The notes beneath the pieces are model-generated. The model worked only from the letters and a program-made list of their open reading frames with translations. It ran no database searches and was not told the origin of the DNA. This document shows positions 7,085-13,700 of a stretch of DNA of 13,700 nucleotides, piece after piece. Numbering within the stretch: the first letter of the stretch is position 1; every line of letters starts with the position of its first letter. Source of the stretch: a bacterium (GTDB lineage: Bacteria; Methylomirabilota; Methylomirabilia; CAVQYV01); NCBI GenBank assembly GCA_043800755.1, contig JAZDMQ010000100.1:1-13700 (forward strand), in the 5' to 3' direction. A program made the translations under genes and the position numbers.

Positions 7085-8110
7085 ATGGACCCCAAGATGC
7101 TCCTGGTGGTGGGGCTGGCTGCCTTGATCGCGCTTGTCGCGCCTGTATCCGGTGCCTCGCAGCCCCCAACGCCAAAAGACAAGTCTCGCCCGCCGATGCT
7201 GGTTGTTTCCAACAAGTCAGCGGATACGATCTCTTTCGTGAACCTGAAAACCGTCCAGGTTGAGGGCACCGCGGCCACCGGGCGGGGCCCCCACGAGGTG
7301 GCCGCGACCGCTGATGGCAAAAGGGCCTTTTCTGCCAATTACGAGGGGCCGGGAGACAGTATCTCGGTCATAGATGTCAAGACCATGAAGGAAGTCCAGA
7401 GGATTCAACTGGCTCCCTACAAGAGGCCCCATGGTTTAGCCATCAGCCAGGATGGGCGAAAGCTCTATGTCACCTGCGAGGCGAATCAGGCGGTCATCGA
7501 GATCGAGGTGGCGACCGGAAAGATCAGCCGAGCCCTCTCCACCGGGCAAAAGATCACCCACATGCTTGCCCTCACCCCGGACGGGAATAAGCTCTATGCG
7601 GCCAACATCGTGAGCGGGACAGTGACCGCCCTGGACCTGTCCGCTGGCCGAATCCTGGCGCAGATCCCCACCGGTCGGGGCCCCGAAGGGCTCGAGGTGA
7701 CCCCCGATGGAAAGGAGCTCTGGGTGGCCAACCGCGAGGAGGGCACCCTCTCCATCATCGAGGTCGCGGCCGATCGGGTAATCAAGACCCTCCCCTGCCC
7801 CGGATTTCCCATCCGCCTGAGATTCACCCCCGATGGCCAAATGGCCCTAGTCTCCTGTTATCAGGAAGGCAGCGTCGCCGCCTTCGAGGTCGCCTCCCGC
7901 AGGGAGGTAAAACGGGTCAAGCCCACGGCCTTCTCCTTAGGCCGCCCCATAGGGCTGCTCATCGAGCCCGGGGGGAAACGGGCCTTTGTCTCGGATGAGG
8001 AGGGAGATCAGGTCCTGGTCATCGACCTGCATCGGTTGGAGGTGGTGGACCGCATCCCTTCGGGTGGAAAGCCAGATGGATTGGCCTTGGTGCCGGCCAG
8101 GTCTGAATAG
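7085..8110 (+). CDS. Secreted YVTN/YncE-family beta-propeller protein (right-arm copy)
   Basis: Identical to 5591..6616. Confidence 0.88.
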   Translation: MDPKMLLVVGLAALIALVAPVSGASQPPTPKDKSRPPMLVVSNKSADTISFVNLKTVQVEGTAATGRGPHEVAATADGKRAFSANYEGPGDSISVIDVKTMKEVQRIQLAPYKRPHGLAISQDGRKLYVTCEANQAVIEIEVATGKISRALSTGQKITHMLALTPDGNKLYAANIVSGTVTALDLSAGRILAQIPTGRGPEGLEVTPDGKELWVANREEGTLSIIEVAADRVIKTLPCPGFPIRLRFTPDGQMALVSCYQEGSVAAFEVASRREVKRVKPTAFSLGRPIGLLIEPGGKRAFVSDEEGDQVLVIDLHRLEVVDRIPSGGKPDGLALVPARSE

Positions 8111-8165
8111 GAGAAGAGGGCCAAAACCCGGCTGAGCCGAATCCCTTAACGAGCAAGGAGGCATT

Positions 8166-9107
8166 ATGGGCAGCATCGACTACGATCGCTTCATCGAGGA
8201 ACAGGTCCAGGAGATTGTTAGAGCGGTGGGGGCAGGGAAGGCTATCAATGCCCTCTCCGGGGGAGTGGACAGCTCGGTAGTGACTGTCCTGGGGCACCGG
8301 GCCCTTAAGGATCGCCTGGTCACCTATTTCATTGACAACGCCCTGATGCGAGAGGGGGAGCCGGAGCGGGTGGTGAAAGATTTTGCCAAAATGGGGATAC
8401 CGGTGGAACGGATTGACGCCCGAAAGGAGTTTCTGGAGGCCCTCCGAGGCCTAACCGATCCGGAGGAGAAGCGGCAGGCCATTACCGACACCTTCTATGC
8501 CAAGGTCTTTTCCCGCCTGGTGGCCGAGTCCGGGGCCAGATTCCTGCTGCACGGCACCATCCTTACCGACATCGAGGAGACGGTGGCGGGTATCAAACGC
8601 CAGCACAACATCCTGGCCCAAGTGGGGATCGATCCGGAGAAGGAGTACGGCTATCAGGTGCTGGAGCCCTTGAAGACCTTGCGCAAGGATGGGGTGCGGG
8701 AGGTGGCCCGGCGCCTGGGATTGCCCCCCGCCATCACCGAGCGGATCCCCTTTCCAGGACCGGCCCTGGCCACGCGGATCGTGGGCGAGGTTACGGAGGA
8801 GCGCCTGCGGACGGTGCGTAGGGCGACGACCATCGTCGAGGATGCCCTGCAAGGGACTCGGGCCTTCCAGTACTTTGCCGTCCTGCTTCAGGATCGGGCC
8901 ACCGGGATACGGGAGGGGAGACGGGAATTCGGGCAGATCATCGTCATCCGCTGCATCGAGAGCACCGATGCCCGAATCGCCACGGTGACCGAACTTCCCT
9001 GGGCGATCCTCCACGGGATGACCGAGGAGATCCTGAAGATCCCCGGGGTCAACCGGGTCCTCTACGACTTGACCCCCAAGCCGCCAGCGACGGTGGAATA
9101 CATCTAA
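8166..9107 (+). CDS. guaA: GMP synthase ATP-pyrophosphatase (B) subunit (right-arm copy)
   Basis: Identical to 4594..5535; RBS AAGGAGG just upstream of the ATG. Confidence 0.9.
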   Translation: MGSIDYDRFIEEQVQEIVRAVGAGKAINALSGGVDSSVVTVLGHRALKDRLVTYFIDNALMREGEPERVVKDFAKMGIPVERIDARKEFLEALRGLTDPEEKRQAITDTFYAKVFSRLVAESGARFLLHGTILTDIEETVAGIKRQHNILAQVGIDPEKEYGYQVLEPLKTLRKDGVREVARRLGLPPAITERIPFPGPALATRIVGEVTEERLRTVRRATTIVEDALQGTRAFQYFAVLLQDRATGIREGRREFGQIIVIRCIESTDARIATVTELPWAILHGMTEEILKIPGVNRVLYDLTPKPPATVEYI

Positions 9108-9129
9108 TAGGGCGTCGAAGCCGCATCGT

Positions 9130-9291
9130 TCCGGCCGCCCCTTCGCTTCCGCGTGCATTCGCTCGTGCGAGCTCGGCAGGCCGAGAACTCGCCCTCCTCC
9201 AAAGCCAATCGGAGGGCTCAGACAGCTCGGCCTGACTTCCCCGAGCTCTGCTCGCTCATAAGCGCACAAGGTCGCTCAGGCGGCGGCCGGA
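9130..9291. repeat. Long imperfect intergenic hairpin (right-arm copy)
   Basis: Mirror of 4410..4571. Confidence 0.7.
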
Positions 9292-9312
9292 TCGGGCTGT
9301 GCCGGTCTGCCT

Positions 9313-10458
9313 CTATGGGCTGCCTCGAAGCTTTCCAGGCCGGGCTTGGAGGGGATATGTCCCCCGCTCCTTGACCATCCGGCTCACCTGGGCCACCCTT
9401 TCGATCTGGGCCTCGGGCATGACATTGTCTCCCACCCCTAAGATGAAGGCCTCTCCCGGGGCGATGGTGCGGAAGAGGTCCTCCATATAGGCCAGAAACT
9501 CCCTCTCGGAAAAGGGAGGGCCCAGGATGATGGAAGGGATCCCTCCCCAGATCGCGATGCGCTTCCCCCAGGCCGCCCGGGCCTCCTTCAGGGTAACCTT
9601 CACCATGGGCGCGCAGGTGAAGGTATCCGCACAGTCGTACTCTGCCTCTAAGAGCAGGTCTAGGAGCAGGGAGGTATCCGCATCGGAATGGAAGGCCACA
9701 TACTTGCCATGCTGGTGCATCAGGCGGTTGAACGCCTGAAAGTGGGGCAGGAAGTACTTGCGAAAGAGGGGAGGGGGCGTCATCTGGGAATCGAAGTGGA
9801 GGCCGTAGAGAAAGAGGGTCGCCGGGGATTGGGCGGCGATCTTCCACATCTGCTGCTGCTTCTCCTCCATGGCCGCCAATAGAGACTCCACCTGGGCCGG
9901 GTGGTCGGCCAGATGGAAGAAAACCTGGTTGTATCCCACCAACTCCCGCATGAGCCGGTTCATAGGGCAATCGCCGATTAGGACCAGGGGGAGGCCGTCC
10001 TCGCCGATCTCTTGGTCATAGCGTGAAAACTCCTCGAAGGTGGGGACATATTCGGTCCGCTCGATCAGATACTCCATGATCGGATAATCGTCCGGGCCCT
10101 TGATCAGGTGCTCGATCTCCTGGCCCTGGATCTGCTGCTCCTGCAGCTGCTCACTCTCGCGGTATAGGGTGGAGAGGGTGCCCACCGGGGTGCGGTACTC
10201 GGTGAGGGTCTCGTTCCCCTTCTTCCTGGTCTCGATCTCCACTCCTTTCAGCTTTTCCTCGAATATCTTGCCCTCCCGGGCCGGGGTGCCCATCCCTAAG
10301 TCGCGCTCGATCTCCCTCAGGCTGAAGCCGCGGTACTTGGAGGGCAAGGTGCCTTGATGCCGATGGGCATTATACCAGAGCAGCAGCCGGGGAACCCAGG
10401 GGAGATGATCCGGGGGCTCACCGCGTAAAGCGGCCAAGATTCGATCACGATGGGTCAT
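9313..10458 (-). CDS. Uroporphyrinogen decarboxylase / MtaA-CmuA-like family protein (right-arm copy)
   Basis: Identical to 3243..4388. Confidence 0.8.
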   Translation of the reverse strand: MTHRDRILAALRGEPPDHLPWVPRLLLWYNAHRHQGTLPSKYRGFSLREIERDLGMGTPAREGKIFEEKLKGVEIETRKKGNETLTEYRTPVGTLSTLYRESEQLQEQQIQGQEIEHLIKGPDDYPIMEYLIERTEYVPTFEEFSRYDQEIGEDGLPLVLIGDCPMNRLMRELVGYNQVFFHLADHPAQVESLLAAMEEKQQQMWKIAAQSPATLFLYGLHFDSQMTPPPLFRKYFLPHFQAFNRLMHQHGKYVAFHSDADTSLLLDLLLEAEYDCADTFTCAPMVKVTLKEARAAWGKRIAIWGGIPSIILGPPFSEREFLAYMEDLFRTIAPGEAFILGVGDNVMPEAQIERVAQVSRMVKERGTYPLQARPGKLRGSP

Positions 10459-10521
10459 GTCGCCCTCCTTGTTGCCCAAATGAAGTCCTTTGCTTGCTAT
10501 GCGATGTCCCTGGAAAAGGAT

Positions 10522-10551
10522 TTGACGCCCGGCACGCCCCTGTTATAGCAT
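10522..10551 (+). promoter_or_regulatory. Possible sigma70 promoter for cobO
   Basis: TTGACG (10522-10527), 18-bp spacer, TAGCAT (10546-10551). Confidence 0.4.
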
Positions 10552-10599
10552 AAAGGCCCGAGGAAGTAGAGGGGAAATGGGGGAAACCGGAGGCAGAGG

Positions 10600-11124
10600 A
10601 TGGAAGGCCAGGGCTTGATTCAGGTCTATTACGGGGAGGGAAAGGGAAAGACGACTGCGGCCTTCGGCCAGGCCCTGCGGGCCTCGGGCCAGGGATTGCG
10701 GGTCTTCATCATCCAATTCCTGAAGGGAGAGAGGGAGACCGGTGAACGGGCCGCCCTGGAGGAAAATCCCTTGATCCAGATCGAGGCCTTCGGAGGGTCG
10801 GGCTGGGTGGATCGGAACCAGCCGAAGGCGGAGGATAAGCGGCTCGCCCAGCAGGGGCTGGCCCGGGCCTTCTCGGCCATGCAGGGAGGTGGGATTGACC
10901 TCCTCATCCTGGATGAGATCAACCTGGCGGTTGCCTATGGCCTGTTGGCGGCCGAGGAGGTACTCGATCTCTTGCGCCAGAAGCCAAGATCCCTGGAGAT
11001 CATCCTGACTGGAAGAGAGGCCGATCCCCAGATCTTAGAGCAGGCGGATTTAGTCACCGAGATGAGGCAGGTCAAACATCCCTTTCAAAAAGGGGTGGGG
11101 CCCCGGAAGGGCATCGAGTATTAG
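10600..11124 (+). CDS. cobO: Cob(I)alamin adenosyltransferase, CobO/BtuR type (right-arm copy)
   Basis: Identical to 2577..3101. Confidence 0.93.
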   Translation: MEGQGLIQVYYGEGKGKTTAAFGQALRASGQGLRVFIIQFLKGERETGERAALEENPLIQIEAFGGSGWVDRNQPKAEDKRLAQQGLARAFSAMQGGGIDLLILDEINLAVAYGLLAAEEVLDLLRQKPRSLEIILTGREADPQILEQADLVTEMRQVKHPFQKGVGPRKGIEY

Positions 11125-11137
11125 GGCCCAAATCTGC

Positions 11138-11166
11138 TTGACGACGGTCCAAAAATGGCGTAGATA
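11138..11166 (+). promoter_or_regulatory. Possible sigma70-type promoter for the HAO-like operon
   Basis: TTGACG (11138-11143), 17-bp spacer, TAGATA (11161-11166). Same -35 hexamer as the cobO candidate, but a weak -10. Confidence 0.3.
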
Positions 11167-11249
11167 GAAGGCAATGGGTAGCCGGTTCCCGACCTCAACC
11201 TGATTCTCAATCTTGATCCTTTTTTCGGATTCGGCGAAAGGAGGAGGCG

Positions 11250-12470
11250 ATGAAGGCGAAGCGATGGGCGATTCTCCTCTCTTGCTCTCTGATAGGGTGC
11301 CTCTGGCTGGGGCTTGCCCAGGGGGCCGAAAAGAAATCCAATTGCGTCCTCTGCCATGAGAAGGTCACCGCCGGGATCGTGAAGGAGTGGGCGACCAGCA
11401 AGATGAGCGCAGCCCTGGACTGCGACGGCTGCCATGGCTCGGCCCACAAGTCGGCGAAGGACCCGGAAAAGGCGAAACTGCCCACCCCGGAGCTATGCTC
11501 GGGCTGCCACGAGGGGCAGTTCCAACAATATTCGGACGGCAAGCACGCCCTGGCCTGGGTGGCCATGGAGGCGATGCCCACCACCGGCTTTCAGCCCCAT
11601 CCCTTTATCGAGGGGATGAAGGGATGCGGGGGATGTCACCGCATCGGCCTCCGTTCCGTGAAGGACGATCAGGCCTACCGCTACGGGATGGCCTGCACCT
11701 CCTGCCACACCCGCCATAAGTTCTCCCAGGCCGAGGCCCAGAGCCCTCAGGCCTGCCGCATGTGCCACATGGGGTTCGATCACCCGCAGTGGGAGATGTG
11801 GTCCTCGTCCAAGCACGGCGCGATCTACTTCACCGACCCAGGAAGCGGAAGGGCCCCCACCTGCCAGACCTGCCACATGGAGGACGGAAACCATCGGGTG
11901 ATGACCGCCTGGGGATTTCTGGCGCTGCGCCTGCCCGAGCCGGATCTGGAGTGGATGGGATATCGCACCACCATCCTCAAGGCCCTGCAGGTCCTTGATC
12001 CGAAGGGCGAGCCCACTCCGCGGCTCGAGGTGGTGAAGGCGGGGAAGGTGGCACGCCTGAGTACTGAGGAATGGCAAAAGGAGCGGGACCGGATGCTTTC
12101 GACCTGCAGCCGGTGCCACAGCCGCAACTTCGCCCGCCTGAATCTGGAAAACGCCGATGCCATGATCAAAGAGGCGGACCGGCTGATGGTCCGGGGGATC
12201 GACCTGGTGGCCGGACTCTACCAGGACGGGATCATCCTGCCCCAGGCGGGAAAGCCGCCCTATCCGGATGTCCTGACCTTCTACGAGGCGATGACCCCCA
12301 TCGAGCAGAAACTCTATGTGATGTTCCTGGAACACCGCATGCGCACCTTCCAGGGGGCCTTCCACAACAATCCCGATTATGTGACCTGGTACGGCCTGGC
12401 CGAGCTGAAGAAGGATCTGGTGGAGATGGCCCGGGACGACCATGAGATGAGGGCAGGCAAAGGCAAGTAA
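11250..12470 (+). CDS. Periplasmic octaheme HAO-like cytochrome c (right-arm copy)
   Basis: Identical to 1231..2451. Confidence 0.88.
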   Translation: MKAKRWAILLSCSLIGCLWLGLAQGAEKKSNCVLCHEKVTAGIVKEWATSKMSAALDCDGCHGSAHKSAKDPEKAKLPTPELCSGCHEGQFQQYSDGKHALAWVAMEAMPTTGFQPHPFIEGMKGCGGCHRIGLRSVKDDQAYRYGMACTSCHTRHKFSQAEAQSPQACRMCHMGFDHPQWEMWSSSKHGAIYFTDPGSGRAPTCQTCHMEDGNHRVMTAWGFLALRLPEPDLEWMGYRTTILKALQVLDPKGEPTPRLEVVKAGKVARLSTEEWQKERDRMLSTCSRCHSRNFARLNLENADAMIKEADRLMVRGIDLVAGLYQDGIILPQAGKPPYPDVLTFYEAMTPIEQKLYVMFLEHRMRTFQGAFHNNPDYVTWYGLAELKKDLVEMARDDHEMRAGKGK

Positions 12471-12502
12471 GAGCGGCGAGCAAGCGAGAGAGAGGAGCGC
12501 AG

Positions 12503-12763
12503 ATGTCCCCCACGGATCAGAAGATAAAAATCTATACCCTGAGCACCTGTATGCACTGCAAGAGGACCAAGGCCTACCTGCAAGAATGCCAGGTCCCCTT
12601 CGACTTCGTGGATGTGGACCTGTTGCCGGGAAAGGACCGGGAGTCCATCATGGAGGAGGTGGGCCGCTATAACCCGGGCCTGACCTTTCCCACCATCCTC
12701 ATCGGAGACCAGGTGATCGTCGGGTTTAACGAGGAGAAGCTGAGAAAGGCGTTAGGGCGATGA
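12503..12763 (+). CDS. Glutaredoxin / NrdH-like protein (right-arm copy)
   Basis: Identical to 938..1198. Confidence 0.9.
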   Translation: MSPTDQKIKIYTLSTCMHCKRTKAYLQECQVPFDFVDVDLLPGKDRESIMEEVGRYNPGLTFPTILIGDQVIVGFNEEKLRKALGR

Positions 12764-13104
12764 CCATGACCGCAGAAGAGCTCTATCCCGTCTTGGACCG
12801 CTACGCCCGGTCCCAGGGTCTCCAGCTCAATCAAGACAAGGAGCTGGTGCTGGGGATCTTAGAGGGGCTGCTGGAGAACGAGAGGCGCTACGGATACCGC
12901 TCCTGCCCCTGCCGGCTGGCTTCCGGGGTGCGGGAGGAGGATAAGGATATCATCTGCCCCTGCGTCTATAGCCGCCCAGACATCGCCGAATACGGAAGGT
13001 GTTACTGCGCGCTCTATGTCTTGGCCGCCTGGAATGAAGACAAGATAGAAAAGGCCCCGGTTCCGGAACGGAGGCCTCCCCGGCGCAAGCCGACTGCTTC
13101 GTAG
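12760..13104 (+). CDS. Ferredoxin:thioredoxin reductase catalytic subunit-like protein (right-arm copy)
   Basis: Identical to 597..941; ATGA overlap with the glutaredoxin gene at 12760-12763. Confidence 0.9.
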   Translation: MTMTAEELYPVLDRYARSQGLQLNQDKELVLGILEGLLENERRYGYRSCPCRLASGVREEDKDIICPCVYSRPDIAEYGRCYCALYVLAAWNEDKIEKAPVPERRPPRRKPTAS

Positions 13105-13128
13105 CGAACGAAGGGGGGATCAACAGAT

Positions 13129-13700
13129 ATGCCGAGGATAAGTATCCACATCCTGCCCTTCCTTCTTTTGTCCCTCCTGCTGCTGTCCCTGAATTCCTGT
13201 TCCCAGGTCCCGCCCAGCCCGTCTGGGGCGAAGATGACCCCCCAGGTCTCAGAGGGCAAGAAGATCCCGGATCTCACCCTGCTCGACAGTCGCGGAGATC
13301 GGGTTGACCTTTATACCCTGCTGCAGAAGGCGAATAAGACCGCCCTGGTCTTTTATCGCGGGTATTGGTGATCTTACTGCCAGGGGCAGTTTGCCGACCT
13401 ACGCAGAAGACTACCAGAGTTCCAAGCCCAGGGGGCCCAGATCATCGGGGTCAGCGTGGACGCTCCGCATCTGGTGGACGAGTTCGGCCACAACATCGAG
13501 AGGAGATATCTGAAAGAGGCGAAGGGGGGCTTAGAAGACCAGGCCATCGATCCTCCCTTCCTCCTTCTCAGCGATTCCTCCCGCGAGGCGATCCGGAAGC
13601 TGGGCATTGGGGAGGAGCATCCCCGATTTGGCCTGGTCGCCCGCCCCACCACCTTGCTCCTGGATAAGGAGGGGAAGATCCGCTGGCTTTACCTGGGCAA
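13129..13700 (+). CDS. Selenocysteine-containing peroxiredoxin-like (AhpC/TSA, redoxin) protein, probably exported; partial at the window end (right-arm copy)
   Basis: Manual translation through TGA 13369-13371 gives ...KTALVFYRGYW-U-SYCQGQFADLRRRLPEFQAQGAQIIGVSVDAPHLVDEFGHNIERRYLKEAKGGLEDQAIDPPFLLLSDSSREAIRKLGIGEEHPRFGLVARPTTLLLDKEGKIRWLYLG. There is no further stop, and the sequence matches the FYRGxWCPxC Prx-like pattern. Confidence 0.88.
13372..13410 (+). promoter_or_regulatory. Candidate bacterial SECIS hairpin
   Basis: Pairings TCTT 13372-75/AAGA 13407-10, CTGC 13377-80/GCAG 13403-06, AGG 13382-84/CCT 13398-400 and GGCA 13385-88/TGCC 13392-95. The apical loop GTT (13389-91) starts with G, 17 nt after the UGA. 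Folded by eye. Confidence 0.65.

Larger units (their letters stand above)
1..13700. repeat. Window-wide inverted repeat (two 6,850-bp arms, no spacer, axis between 6850 and 6851)
   Basis: The first 20 nt (ttgcccaggtaaagccagcg) are the reverse complement of the last 20 nt. 6841-6850 GGCGAAGCCA is the reverse complement of 6851-6860 TGGCTTCGCC. Every ORF in the track has an identical partner at coordinates 13701-x on the opposite strand. I saw no mismatch where I compared, but did not verify every base. Confidence 0.98.

Noticed and set aside
1..13700. Inverted arms as terminal repeats of a transposon or phage, or a CRISPR array
   Set aside because: No transposase, integrase, phage or cas genes are present, there is no spacer between the arms, and there are no short regularly spaced direct repeats.
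6851..13700. Second copies of all genes as genuine paralogues or a dosage amplification
   Set aside because: They are identical mirror images including intergenic DNA and give no independent evidence; treat them as one locus until read mapping says otherwise.

Overview
The whole 13,700-bp window is one spacer-less inverted repeat. Bases 6851-13700 are the reverse complement of 1-6850, with the axis inside ...GGCGAAGCCA|TGGCTTCGCC..., so there is only about 6.85 kb of unique sequence and every gene appears twice. A fold-back assembly or amplification artefact is the most likely cause, but a hairpin telomere or a true inverted duplication cannot be excluded from sequence alone. The unique half is GC-rich bacterial-type DNA. 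Reading outward from the axis it encodes a secreted YVTN/YncE beta-propeller protein, a stand-alone GMP synthase ATPPase (B) subunit, a ~160-bp rod-like intergenic hairpin, a URO-D/MtaA-like protein, and a cob(I)alamin adenosyltransferase. These are followed by an apparent redox operon: octaheme HAO-like cytochrome c, glutaredoxin, ferredoxin:thioredoxin reductase-like catalytic subunit and a peroxiredoxin-like protein. The last gene is missed by the ORF track. Its '80 aa' ORF stops at an in-frame TGA sitting exactly at the catalytic Cys position (FYRGYW-U-SYC). The frame stays open to the window edge and a SECIS-like hairpin follows the UGA, so this is a probable exported selenoprotein.
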